Source: a virus. From it: 64,000 nt of DNA. Shown in pieces: positions 48,330 through 58,011 of this stretch. A program made the translations under genes and the position numbers. The DNA lies in IMG/VR virus record IMGVR_UViG_3300025120_000037, positions 4,127 to 68,126 of that record, one strand, 5' to 3'. How positions within the stretch are numbered: the stretch's first letter is position 1; every line of letters starts with the position of its first letter. The notes under the pieces are model-generated. The model saw nothing but the letters and a program-made list of their open reading frames with translations. It was not told where the DNA came from and made no database searches.

Positions 48330-49498
48330 TTTGAAAGCTCCTCGATAGCAGAGTTAAAACCTTCAGAAATCTTGTCCCAGCGGAACGAAGGGTTTTGTGT
48401 TGTTTTAAAACAAGCGTCTGCGACTTTGTCGTAGTGCTCCTTGTCCCAGTAAAGCTTGGTTAGACGTTCCGCCATATCATCGACATCAACAATTCCTCTT
48501 TCCACGCCTAGATCTTTGTCGTAAATCCACGCAGCAATGTCTGCTAATTCAGCACTGTCTTTCCAGATATCAGCAGATGAGGTGTGGTTAGGAAGAACCA
48601 AAGGCCGTTTGCATGAAGCGTGTTCAAAGGGCACTAGACCCCACCCTTCCCCATTGGCAGTGTTAATACCAACGTCACATGCGTTATATATTTTATTTAG
48701 AAGTTCGTCTGGGGGTGCGTCCATATAGTTGATGTTGTTGCTCGTCATAATCATCCGTTCGGCAGGATCAATATCATTTCGACGCATCTCTGCGTCAAAA
48801 ATTGCTCGAACATCCCAACCAAGGTCTTTCTCAGACATATGCAGGTATAAGCGAGTGTCACTCTTGTCTTTTGCGAACTTGGCAAAAGCTTTGATTGTTA
48901 GATCAATTTGCTTTCTCGGTTGATTTCGGTTTGCGTTTAAGACAATAAACATATCTTCGGGAATCCTAAGTTGCTTACGCGCTTCACTTTTATCCATTGG
49001 AAAGAACTTACCTTGATCAAGCCCGTGAGGAATGACACCAAGAAGCTTTGGCTTAACGCCTTGCTTCATTAGGCGATTGGCCTGTTCGACGGAGAAGGTG
49101 ATCGCAAAGTCCCAATCTTTGATATACCGCAACAGGCTGCTTATGTAGTATTCAGAGTCGATTGGGAAGTATGCAATAAATTTAAATTTGATACTGTCTT
49201 TTAGGAGGTGTACCCTTTCCCACACTTGGTTCACGATCCAAATGTCGTTAAGACAGATAATGAAGTCCGGTTTTTCTGTTTCTACTATCTGCGGAAGGCG
49301 TCCGATTCCAAATCGATCAGAGGGGTTTCCTGCTGCCGCTGGGTATACCCGGAAGGGAAGAGAATGAGGATCACCATTGTAGTTAATACCGTAAGCAACA
49401 ATTTCATGCTGTGACGACAGATGTTTCAGAATACTATGTGTTACTCGGGCGAATCCCGTATTCGACAGGATGTCTCCGTACCAGAGAATTTTTGCCAT
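48326..49498 (-). CDS. Glycosyltransferase, GT4-like (GT-B)
   Basis: TGFARV, IPHGLD, NRNQPRK, GEGWGLVPFE. Confidence 0.9.
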   Translation of the reverse strand: MAKILWYGDILSNTGFARVTHSILKHLSSQHEIVAYGINYNGDPHSLPFRVYPAAAGNPSDRFGIGRLPQIVETEKPDFIICLNDIWIVNQVWERVHLLKDSIKFKFIAYFPIDSEYYISSLLRYIKDWDFAITFSVEQANRLMKQGVKPKLLGVIPHGLDQGKFFPMDKSEARKQLRIPEDMFIVLNANRNQPRKQIDLTIKAFAKFAKDKSDTRLYLHMSEKDLGWDVRAIFDAEMRRNDIDPAERMIMTSNNINYMDAPPDELLNKIYNACDVGINTANGEGWGLVPFEHASCKRPLVLPNHTSSADIWKDSAELADIAAWIYDKDLGVERGIVDVDDMAERLTKLYWDKEHYDKVADACFKTTQNPSFRWDKISEGFNSAIEELSK

Positions 49499-49547
49499 TT
49501 GGCGAGTAGAATTTTCATATCACTATAAAGCCACTTCTTAAAAAGAC

Positions 49548-51071
49548 ATGCCTAGTCGCGAGACATTTGCACATCGTAGGAGTCTTAAATTACGTGCTGC
49601 AAAAGCAATAAACTCTGAGAACCCTGAGTTAGATAGTATATTTACAAGAGCAGCAGATGACTTCCATACGTTCTGTACGCTTATGGATAAAGCGCCAGCA
49701 GCTCATATGCTGGAGTGGCATAAACACCTAATTACTGGTGAGAGCAACAGGTACCTTTTAGATATCGCAGGACCAAATCTAGACATTCTTGCCCCACGTG
49801 GTAGCGCGAAGTCAACAGTATTGAACATGTTTACTGCTTGGATTATCGGGCGGCATACGACAGCGGGGCTATCTCTTCAAATTATTTACTGCTCTTACAA
49901 CATCGCCACGGCTATTCCAAAAAGTCGAATCATCAAACAGATAATCGACTCTTCAACATTTAAAAAGATTTTTCCCAAAGTCCAGTTGCGGTCTGGTATG
50001 CAGTCGGATATTGGTTGGAGTATTGACTTTGATTATGCAGGCATCAGTCGTGTTGGTGACGAAGAATTTACGCTAAGAGCCGCTGGTCTTAGAGGAAGTA
50101 TCACGTCTAAACGCGCTCACCTTGTCATCGTGGATGACCCTATTAAGTCAAGTACAGACATTAAGAACCCGGCCATTAGGAAGGAAATGAACAACAACTG
50201 GTCTTCGGTTATTGCACCAATTATTTTTGAAGGTGGTCGTTCTATCTGTCTAGGTACCCGTTTTCATCCGCTCGATATTCACAAAACGATGTTTATTCCC
50301 AGCAAAGGGTGGAAGCAAGTCCAGCAAGAAGCTCTTACATATGATGACGAGGGAGAGGCAGTCAGTTATTGGCCCGAGCAGTGGAGTGTTGACTACCTAC
50401 AAGGCCAGAAAGAATTAGATCCCGTTGCTTTTGCTTTCCAGTACCAGCAACAACCAGTGATGACATCGGATTTGATCCTGTCACCAGACCTTCTGGTCAA
50501 GGGTGATGTGATCACTGAATTTGATAGTCTGGCAATTGGTATAGACCTATCGGCCAGCAAGAACGAAACTTCTGATTACACAGCATTTGTTCTTGGAGGA
50601 CGGTTTAAAGATAAGTACTACATCATCGATGCACATCAAGTCAGATCTATCGGAAACCTGGAGAAAATAGACTTGCTGGCAAAAATGCTTGTGGAGTGGG
50701 GGATCCTTCAGGAGAACTCTGAAGGACAGTATTTTCCTACATACTCAACATGTACGTTGGTTGTTGAATCTGTAGCTTACCAAGCATCTCTATCTGCTGA
50801 TTTAAAACGGATTATGTTGAACGAGTGGGGGCTTGGTAACCTGCACATTAATGAAGTGAAAGGTTTCAGAGGTGACAAAATTTCTCGGTTTAGAGGGACG
50901 TTGGGACTGCTTGAAAATAAAAAGGTGATTTTTAATCGCTATCGAAAATTTGATCAGCTCTTTGATCAATTGATCAATCTTGGTGCTACGTCGCATGACG
51001 ACCTTCTTGACGCATACACTCACTTAATGTGTTTCCTGCAACGCAGAGGTAATTTTCAGGTGGAGTACTAA
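49548..51071 (+). CDS. terL: Terminase large subunit
   Basis: APRGSAKST, VIVDD, GTRFH, GIDLS...SDYTA, HDDLLDA. Confidence 0.9.
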   Translation: MPSRETFAHRRSLKLRAAKAINSENPELDSIFTRAADDFHTFCTLMDKAPAAHMLEWHKHLITGESNRYLLDIAGPNLDILAPRGSAKSTVLNMFTAWIIGRHTTAGLSLQIIYCSYNIATAIPKSRIIKQIIDSSTFKKIFPKVQLRSGMQSDIGWSIDFDYAGISRVGDEEFTLRAAGLRGSITSKRAHLVIVDDPIKSSTDIKNPAIRKEMNNNWSSVIAPIIFEGGRSICLGTRFHPLDIHKTMFIPSKGWKQVQQEALTYDDEGEAVSYWPEQWSVDYLQGQKELDPVAFAFQYQQQPVMTSDLILSPDLLVKGDVITEFDSLAIGIDLSASKNETSDYTAFVLGGRFKDKYYIIDAHQVRSIGNLEKIDLLAKMLVEWGILQENSEGQYFPTYSTCTLVVESVAYQASLSADLKRIMLNEWGLGNLHINEVKGFRGDKISRFRGTLGLLENKKVIFNRYRKFDQLFDQLINLGATSHDDLLDAYTHLMCFLQRRGNFQVEY

Positions 51072-51958
51072 TGAATAACTCTTCATTTTTAATTTTTGTC
51101 ACTGCTCACAACCCACTTGACCGCTTCGATGTTCTGTTAAAAACTCTTAGAGGTTATTCAGAAATACCAGGAGTTATAGATGTTTTTATTTATATCGATA
51201 ACGACCACGCTGAAGATAAAATTGCTCTTGAAGAGTTGTTGAAACCCAACGTCGAGTTGAACTCAATCACTGTTGTCGTTGCTGAGAAGAAGTATGAAGG
51301 GTTCTCGCTGACGTGGGCTCACAAACCATTACTAAAACAAGCCATATTAAATAAAATGTATGACTACTATATCTATACAGAGAATGACATGCTCTTCAGT
51401 AGTGAGCATTTTCTCTACTGGCATTCCTGGAAAGATCGACTCAAGAGTCTTAACTTAGAACCTGGTTTTTGTAGGTTTGAAAAGTTTGAAGGAAAGTCAG
51501 TTCCGTTTGATAATCACAGAGTTGTCGAGCTGAACGCACCAACTCGTAAAGTCTGGGGCGATATTGATTTTGTGTCTGAGACAGTGTTGACACCTAACGA
51601 TGCTATTGCAGGTTTTGTAACACTTAGCAATCCTTACATGGGGATGATGATCTTAGATCAGGATATGGCAAATGTATATGTAGCTTCTTTTAGTGCGGAT
51701 CCTGTAAAAAGTTTTGAAAGAGTCCAGCATCGTTGTTGGCCTATTGCTGACAGAAGTTCTTTAGGAACTGCTTTTGAGAATTTGCTTCCCGGCCAAGACC
51801 ACAAACGTGCGGTTCCCGTCATTCTTGATAAAGGTAAACTGCGAGTAGCTCCTTACGCGATGCTCGAACATCTTGATACAAAGTACAGCGTCGAGTTGAA
51901 TCAGCAGCTAGGCTCCGTTCTAGATATATCGGAAATTTTTGGATTCCGTCTTTTCTGA
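51071..51958 (+). CDS. Putative GT-A-fold glycosyltransferase-like protein
   Basis: LTWAHK...YDYYIYTENDM, NPYMGM; translationally coupled to terL. Confidence 0.5.
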   Translation: MNNSSFLIFVTAHNPLDRFDVLLKTLRGYSEIPGVIDVFIYIDNDHAEDKIALEELLKPNVELNSITVVVAEKKYEGFSLTWAHKPLLKQAILNKMYDYYIYTENDMLFSSEHFLYWHSWKDRLKSLNLEPGFCRFEKFEGKSVPFDNHRVVELNAPTRKVWGDIDFVSETVLTPNDAIAGFVTLSNPYMGMMILDQDMANVYVASFSADPVKSFERVQHRCWPIADRSSLGTAFENLLPGQDHKRAVPVILDKGKLRVAPYAMLEHLDTKYSVELNQQLGSVLDISEIFGFRLF

Positions 51959-52001
51959 CTTTGAGTACAGAGTGAAAGTTGCCGCCACCTCAAAACCAAA
52001 A

Positions 52002-52217
52002 ATGAAAGAAGATTTGGTAAATCACCCTAACCATTACACTTCCGGGTCTATTGAGACAATTGACTACCTTCAGTCTGTTTTAACAGAAGAAGAATTTCGA
52101 GGGTTCTGTAAAGGCAACATCTTAAAATATATATCTCGTGAAAAACTTAAGAACGGAGACGAAGACCTAGCAAAAGCTGGTTGGTATTTAAATCGACTAT
52201 TGGACAAAAAGAGCTAA
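52002..52217 (+). CDS. DUF3310 protein (T7 gp1.7-like nucleotide kinase family)
   Basis: VNHPNHY...IETID...GFCKGNILKY..R...KNG.EDL.KA.WYL; start 52002 inferred. Confidence 0.85.
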   Translation: MKEDLVNHPNHYTSGSIETIDYLQSVLTEEEFRGFCKGNILKYISREKLKNGDEDLAKAGWYLNRLLDKKS

Positions 52218-52241
52218 GATTGATTTAAACAATTTTTAGTA

Positions 52242-52526
52242 ATGGATATACGAGCCTTTGGAACTGTCTACGGACAGCAAAATTCTCTTCCAATGGCAAG
52301 CGGTTTTTTGTGGAAACCTGCTGATGGAGAGAAACGTTTTGCTACCTGTCGATGTGTGTTTATAGAAGCCAAGTCTAGTTCTGGCAAAGATGACGTCTAT
52401 GTGGAGCTAAACGATGGCCCTGGTCAACTTTTACATGTTGAAAATTTAGTGGGTGATCAAAAACTCGATTGGGGACTAACCGCAATCAGTGGCGGATCTA
52501 TTGAAGGGGCAATCGTCCTTTACTAA
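52242..52526 (+). CDS. Small putative virion protein
   Basis: Beta-rich 94-aa ORF ending AIVLY. Confidence 0.6.
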   Translation: MDIRAFGTVYGQQNSLPMASGFLWKPADGEKRFATCRCVFIEAKSSSGKDDVYVELNDGPGQLLHVENLVGDQKLDWGLTAISGGSIEGAIVLY

Positions 52527-52528
52527 CT

Positions 52529-52798
52529 ATGAATGCTTACGACCGCGCAGCTTTTGGTTTTTCTAAAGCGTATGACATGAACATGCGAGCTGCAGATGAG
52601 CAGCGTCGTGTTAACAGACCTTCTACTGAAGCTTTTGTGGAGGAACTCGATGATGAACGCACTGATCTGAACTACGCACCAAACCCTGAGAATCCCGCTC
52701 CTCCGTCTGATCAGTACGATGATGTTCCAGAGCCGACTGAAAACTCTGTAGTTAGGGCTCGTGCCAAAGTCTCTAAATATTTAGCAGATCGCGGCTAG
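52529..52798 (+). CDS. Hypothetical protein
   Basis: 89-aa ORF. Confidence 0.65.
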   Translation: MNAYDRAAFGFSKAYDMNMRAADEQRRVNRPSTEAFVEELDDERTDLNYAPNPENPAPPSDQYDDVPEPTENSVVRARAKVSKYLADRG

Positions 52799-52822
52799 TA
52801 TGTTGGCAGTTAGAACTGTCAG

Positions 52823-53635
52823 ATGCTGATCGACACGTTTACATATTTTAACGAAAAGGAGCTTTTAGAGCTTCGTATTCGAACTCTTGAAGATCACGTA
52901 GATGGATTTTTAATTACAGACGCGAACCGTACACACCGCGGTGAAGAAAAACCTTTTACATGTTTAGACGCAATTCGTGAACTTGGTCTTCCTGAGGAGA
53001 AGATTCAAGTACTTCACTGTGAGCTTCCTTCTTATGAAGAAGCACCAGATCCATGGGTTCGTGAACGTGGGCAACGTGATGCTCTTGGCGTTGGCCTCCA
53101 CATGATGCCGGATGATACTGTCTTCATCTGTAGTGACTGTGATGAAATCGCTAACCCCTCTAAGTTCCCTGAACTACTTGAAGTAGTTGAAGAAGAGAAA
53201 GATAAAATCGTGCGTCTCAGTATGAGCATGCACTACGGCAGAGCAGACAGGCAGTTGATGTCGCCTAAAGGTGAGCTGTTTGATTGGAGGTGTGGCGTTG
53301 TGTCAACTGTTGAAAAATTAAAAGCATTTGGAACTTTATCTTCTATGCGGGCGTCCACGGAGAACCGATACTTTGGTGTCCGAGACGCCGGTTGGCATCT
53401 TTCCTGGATGGGTGATGCCGAAAAACGTAAGCTCAAACTCCGCTCGATTGCTGAGTATTACATTTGGGATAAGCCTGAAGTACAGAAACTCTGTGAGGAC
53501 TTTGTACCTGAGGAAGGTAAAACGGATATGTTGGGGCGAGAGGACCACCTATTGACTTCGTATCCTGTTGAAGATTTGCCTAAGGAAGCAGTTAAACTAA
53601 AAAGAGTAAAAGAGTATCTTTTTCCCGATGGCTAA
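52823..53635 (+). CDS. Glycosyltransferase, GT17-like
   Basis: DTFTYFNEKELLELR, THRG..KP, ERGQR, SDCDEI, GWHLSWMG. Confidence 0.85.
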   Translation: MLIDTFTYFNEKELLELRIRTLEDHVDGFLITDANRTHRGEEKPFTCLDAIRELGLPEEKIQVLHCELPSYEEAPDPWVRERGQRDALGVGLHMMPDDTVFICSDCDEIANPSKFPELLEVVEEEKDKIVRLSMSMHYGRADRQLMSPKGELFDWRCGVVSTVEKLKAFGTLSSMRASTENRYFGVRDAGWHLSWMGDAEKRKLKLRSIAEYYIWDKPEVQKLCEDFVPEEGKTDMLGREDHLLTSYPVEDLPKEAVKLKRVKEYLFPDG

Positions 53636-53786
53636 CAAAATGCCTCCCGAACTCTTGGAGAAGTTCAAGAAAAAGAACGAAGAGAAAGAATCTTCTGAAG
53701 GAGAAGGTCAAGAGAGTAAAAAGGAGACTCGTGAACGAGCTCTGGCTAAAGCCCGTAAGGCAAAAGCAAATAGCTCTAAAAAATGA
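53628..53786 (+). CDS. Small charged protein, 52 aa
   Basis: Hand translation MANKMPPELLEKFKKK... Confidence 0.6.
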   Translation: MANKMPPELLEKFKKKNEEKESSEGEGQESKKETRERALAKARKAKANSSKK

Positions 53787-53820
53787 ACCTTAAAAGGTTC
53801 TGTTTATCCCGTGCGTACAG

Positions 53821-56046
53821 ATGTCTACCTCTTCAGAGACTCGAACTAGATTTAATGAGATCTTAGAGGCGTCCCGCACTCAAGATCGAAGTAGTCAATC
53901 ATCCACGATGGTTGTTTTGAGTCATTTACAGCAAATGATTCTTCTTATGATTAAGAAGGGTCTTGCTTTCTATTGTGATCAAGATACGTTCAAAGGGCGT
54001 ACAAAATTTCTGCATGATATCATAGCTCTCAATAGACTTGATATTCGTTTTCCTTCTATCATCAGGAATTTTTTAATTGACGGAAGTGGTCTCTTTTACT
54101 TCCGACCTGACCCAAAATTGAAGTATCAGGTTTATTTTTTCAATAAAAATCAATACCGGGTTTATCACGACTTAAACGGTGAAGTAGAAGAAGTCATTAT
54201 TATTTACTCTTATAAAGTTAAAAATCAGGGCCTTGGACTTCCTAGCACTACAGCTAACGCAAACAAGCGTTATGTGCGTTTGGCGATTACATCCGAGGAA
54301 ATCAGCGAAGTTGAGACTGACTCAGAGCTTAGCTTCGATCTTGAACCAGGAACTGTTCTAACTCCCTCCAAGCAACGACCTAACACATTAGGTTTTATAC
54401 CTGCGGTAGAAGTTTTAAACAAACCCAACGCAAGTGGTACGGAAGGAGAGGGTGAGTTTGATCCTTTTATGACGCAGCTCGTCCTTCACGACGAACTTAC
54501 TCGCAATATCGCTAAGAACATTGAGTTTTTCGGTAACCCGACACTGATTAGTTCTCGGCCCAGAAGTGACCTTGTGGAAGCCAATGATACTCAGAGCACT
54601 TTCAGACCGACTATTAGTAGTCAAAGTGGTTTTGCTGGGCAAAGCCAACCTTCGACTCGCGTAAGTGAGCCTTTTGGGACCGGTATGGGTTCCGGACTTC
54701 GTGTGCCTCGGATTATCGCGAACGTCGAGCCTTCTGACCGAGTCGGTTATATGACTCCTGACCCTGTTAACGGGGACATGAACCGATATACCCTTCTTCT
54801 TAGGGAAGAGATTCGCACAGCTTTAGGCGGCGTAGATGAGATTTCAATCTCTGCAGGTGCTACTGCAACTGAGCTCAAGGGTTTGATGGGACGTGCTCAA
54901 GCCACCGCCTTAAGGAAGAATAAGTCCTTCCTTACTTATGGCTTTAACCGTCTCTTAGAGATGATGTTGTACCACCAGGAGACAATTTTTCGGGAGTCCT
55001 TTATCGCTGCTTCGGGTTTAAAAGAACCCAAACCGCCTAAAGAAGAAACCGAAGAAAATATAGAGAAATACCAACGTTCTTTGGCTAAGTTTGAGGCAAA
55101 AGTTACTCAAATGATTAAACAAGCACTTCAGGAGAACGCAGTCCCTCCAGGAGTTGTAGGCTTACCTGAAGATGGAGAACGTGAGGTAACTTATCGTTTT
55201 CAAGGTGATGTTTACGAAGACACCGCTTACGACATCAATCAAAAATCTATTGTTGTTCGTAACTTACAGGAGTTAGGTGTTGACAGTGTTGAAGCTCTAA
55301 AGTTTCTTTTTCCTGAGAAAACTGATTCTGAGCGAGCCGAAATGTTGAAAGGCTTTCCTTTCAGAATGGTTCAACAAACACAGTCGGCAATGCAGCAATT
55401 TCTGGTATTATTAAGCCAGATGTTGCAGTCTCCGCATCCTCTTGCGCCTAATCAACCTCTAGCGGCTGATCCTAGACTGAATATCACTCCTCTCCTTTAC
55501 AGGACATTCGATCACCTCGCAGAGGAATTAACTTACTCGGGTAGCTATGAACCAGCAGATCCAAGCTTCGACCCCGAGCCCGGTCTCCCCGGCGGCAGCA
55601 CCGGCGGTACAGGACCAGGGCTCAGTAGGGTACCCCCAATGGGTTCCGCAAGCAGCTACCCCGGTGGCAGCTTCGGTACCTACAGCCCAACCGCCGTCCC
55701 AGGTGGCACCGGCTACGGACCCTACTATCAGCAACCAGTACAACCCGTCAACGTATCAATCTTCCCCGAGCAGCAACCCGTGGGAACAGGCAATGGGTTC
55801 TTTGGAGAGGGTCCTCTCTCAGGTGAACTCTCAATCCCTCAGCCAAACTCCACAGTCTCCCTACCTGGAGGCACCCGCGCAGGTTACTCCACAGAGCAAT
55901 CAAGTTTTACAGGCCCAGCCTTGGGCTTATCAGGAGCCCCAGGTAGCGCCGATATCCAATATCAGCGCCTCACCGACCCAAACTTCCTCGCAAGTTTCTA
56001 CGGGCCAGAGCGCAGGAATCAGCCCCGTAACCGCCGAGGTCGTTAG
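53821..56046 (+). CDS. Portal protein with long Pro/Gly-rich C-terminal extension
   Basis: Size and position between terL and capsid; NTLGFIPAVEV.N, IEFFGNP. Confidence 0.7.
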   Translation: MSTSSETRTRFNEILEASRTQDRSSQSSTMVVLSHLQQMILLMIKKGLAFYCDQDTFKGRTKFLHDIIALNRLDIRFPSIIRNFLIDGSGLFYFRPDPKLKYQVYFFNKNQYRVYHDLNGEVEEVIIIYSYKVKNQGLGLPSTTANANKRYVRLAITSEEISEVETDSELSFDLEPGTVLTPSKQRPNTLGFIPAVEVLNKPNASGTEGEGEFDPFMTQLVLHDELTRNIAKNIEFFGNPTLISSRPRSDLVEANDTQSTFRPTISSQSGFAGQSQPSTRVSEPFGTGMGSGLRVPRIIANVEPSDRVGYMTPDPVNGDMNRYTLLLREEIRTALGGVDEISISAGATATELKGLMGRAQATALRKNKSFLTYGFNRLLEMMLYHQETIFRESFIAASGLKEPKPPKEETEENIEKYQRSLAKFEAKVTQMIKQALQENAVPPGVVGLPEDGEREVTYRFQGDVYEDTAYDINQKSIVVRNLQELGVDSVEALKFLFPEKTDSERAEMLKGFPFRMVQQTQSAMQQFLVLLSQMLQSPHPLAPNQPLAADPRLNITPLLYRTFDHLAEELTYSGSYEPADPSFDPEPGLPGGSTGGTGPGLSRVPPMGSASSYPGGSFGTYSPTAVPGGTGYGPYYQQPVQPVNVSIFPEQQPVGTGNGFFGEGPLSGELSIPQPNSTVSLPGGTRAGYSTEQSSFTGPALGLSGAPGSADIQYQRLTDPNFLASFYGPERRNQPRNRRGR

Positions 56047-56476
56047 TCACTTCGGTATTGAAGCTCCAGGCATTCTTAATCAGTACTCTTGCTCCCTGGA
56101 AGATCTATTGATCGACCAAGGAACCAAGATGGACAACCTGGCTGCTCGCCATGATGCGATGCAAGTCATCTTGACTGATCCAGATCATCTGGCCAACTAC
56201 ACCGACCGCTTCTTCACCGAAGTTTTCCCTGTAGATGTGGATGAAAACGCTCTTCAGACCCAAGGCACTCAACAGCCTCAGGCTTACGAGCAAAACTACG
56301 ACATGCCTGCACCACCTGTTGGTGCTGGTGGCTCAAATAACAACGTTGCTCCTCAGCAGCAGTGGGAACAGTTCCAGAACACTATGAACCGTAGTCCTGA
56401 GAATGCATGGCGCATCCTCAACAACATGGGCTCGGATGCTCTTCGTAATAAACTGTTGTTTATGGATCCTTCCTAA
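55547..56476 (+). CDS. Putative capsid scaffolding protein
   Basis: Pro/Gln-rich N-terminus, helical core, lies between portal and capsid, followed by a terminator. Confidence 0.6.
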   Translation: MNQQIQASTPSPVSPAAAPAVQDQGSVGYPQWVPQAATPVAASVPTAQPPSQVAPATDPTISNQYNPSTYQSSPSSNPWEQAMGSLERVLSQVNSQSLSQTPQSPYLEAPAQVTPQSNQVLQAQPWAYQEPQVAPISNISASPTQTSSQVSTGQSAGISPVTAEVVSHFGIEAPGILNQYSCSLEDLLIDQGTKMDNLAARHDAMQVILTDPDHLANYTDRFFTEVFPVDVDENALQTQGTQQPQAYEQNYDMPAPPVGAGGSNNNVAPQQQWEQFQNTMNRSPENAWRILNNMGSDALRNKLLFMDPS

Positions 56477-56513
56477 CTGGAAAGGTCTTAGCTACCATTA
56501 CCAAGGTGAGCAC

Positions 56514-56542
56514 ATTCCTCCAGAAATGGGGGAATTTTTTTT
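56514..56542 (+). terminator. Intrinsic terminator
   Basis: ATTCCTCCA-GAAA-TGGGGGAAT-T7. Confidence 0.8.
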
Positions 56543-56676
56543 GCTAACCTCTAACTAGATCTAGGACTTCATATGAGAACTGGTAACGACCGCCCTCGCA
56601 AGAAAAAAGTCAATCAGGATCAACCCGTGGAGGCAACACCTAAGGTTGAAGATAGTCAGACTACTACTGAAGATAG

Positions 56677-57045
56677 TCAGCCTTCGCCTGAACCTGAATC
56701 ATTTTTTGAATCTGTTGAACTGGGATGAATTTCTCCTATTTGTGAGATAAATTTTTTTTCAAGTGTTTTTTCGGCCATAGCGATAATTCTTATTCCTGCG
56801 TAACCGCAGACAAAAGATATCGCAATAGCCTCTTTTCTTGTGAGTTTTAATCTTTCTGCTACAGCAGGGCTTACGAAAGTAGCCAATAGGTAACCTGCGA
56901 TTACTGTTTTTAAAAAATATATTGCTAACTTTTTTAATTTTTTTGGATGTACTAGAGATTCAGTAATCGATCCAGAAAAACTGGACAGGGTGGTTTCCGG
57001 ATCTTCAAACACCACTTCTAGAACTCTGACCGTATCACTAAGCAT
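56677..57045 (-). CDS. Holin-like membrane protein
   Basis: IAGYLLATFVSPAV...AISFVCGYAGIRII. Confidence 0.55.
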   Translation of the reverse strand: MLSDTVRVLEVVFEDPETTLSSFSGSITESLVHPKKLKKLAIYFLKTVIAGYLLATFVSPAVAERLKLTRKEAIAISFVCGYAGIRIIAMAEKTLEKKFISQIGEIHPSSTDSKNDSGSGEG

Positions 57046-57110
57046 GACAAAGTTAGAAAAATATCTTCTGTTTTCTTAGTCTAAAGTTAAAAAAGGAAAC
57101 GAGAAAATTT

Positions 57111-57932
57111 ATGGTGTACACTCCTCAATCCAACTGGAAATACGACAAAAATTTGTATCACCCGATTCAATCTGGGCCTCAGAGAACTGGCAATGATCAG
57201 AATCTGACTGATACGTATTTGACTATCTCAAGTGGATATATCCCTCCTTCCAATATTCAACAAACCTGGAACGGTGTTTTAGATCAAGGAGCCGACTTTG
57301 GACGAATACCAGTTGGGCCACCAAATTTATCGGGGTATTTTTCTACTGAATGGAAAGCTATTACCCCAGCTCCTTCTGGTTACTGGACTAATTACGAAAA
57401 CGTTAACCCACGTGCATCAGGACTACTGACAAGTTATGAAGGGTATAGGCAACAAGGTCTCTACAGCACTGCAAACTCCACCGTTCAAACAGCTATAGGC
57501 CCTCAGCCTGGGTTAAGAAACTTTGGAAGTTTTACCTGGTATGGCGAACAGGTACCTGATAATCAACTTTATTCACCTTTTCAGACTCCTGGCAGTAACA
57601 CTAATACTTCTGATGGAGGAGGTATTACCGGTGGAGCAGTCGCTCAACCGCGTATAGCAGCCCCAGCTCTTACCAACCCTACTAACGACCAATCAGGCTC
57701 ACGAGCAGCGTGGGTTTATCACTATCCCGTTTATTGCCAAACATTTACAGAAAGTAGATATACAGGTGTACCTGGTCAGATGGGCTCACCTGTTCGTAAT
57801 AGTTATAGAGGTAAATCAAGTAGATACGTACCTAATTACGGCTCTGTGTACGGAAAACTTGGTGAGGGGGTTCGAAACATGGTACGCACCTTCAGTCCTA
57901 GTGTGAATAGTTCTAATCAAAAAAGTCTTTAA
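57111..57932 (+). CDS. Putative virion structural protein
   Basis: Gly/Ser/Thr/Tyr-rich, immediately upstream of the capsid gene. Confidence 0.6.
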   Translation: MVYTPQSNWKYDKNLYHPIQSGPQRTGNDQNLTDTYLTISSGYIPPSNIQQTWNGVLDQGADFGRIPVGPPNLSGYFSTEWKAITPAPSGYWTNYENVNPRASGLLTSYEGYRQQGLYSTANSTVQTAIGPQPGLRNFGSFTWYGEQVPDNQLYSPFQTPGSNTNTSDGGGITGGAVAQPRIAAPALTNPTNDQSGSRAAWVYHYPVYCQTFTESRYTGVPGQMGSPVRNSYRGKSSRYVPNYGSVYGKLGEGVRNMVRTFSPSVNSSNQKSL

Positions 57933-58011
57933 CCTCTACGTTTGCAACACTAAAAAACTAGAAGGTTAAAAACTTAGGTATATTTAAAAAGTAGTTTTTT
58001 CGAGAAGTCAG

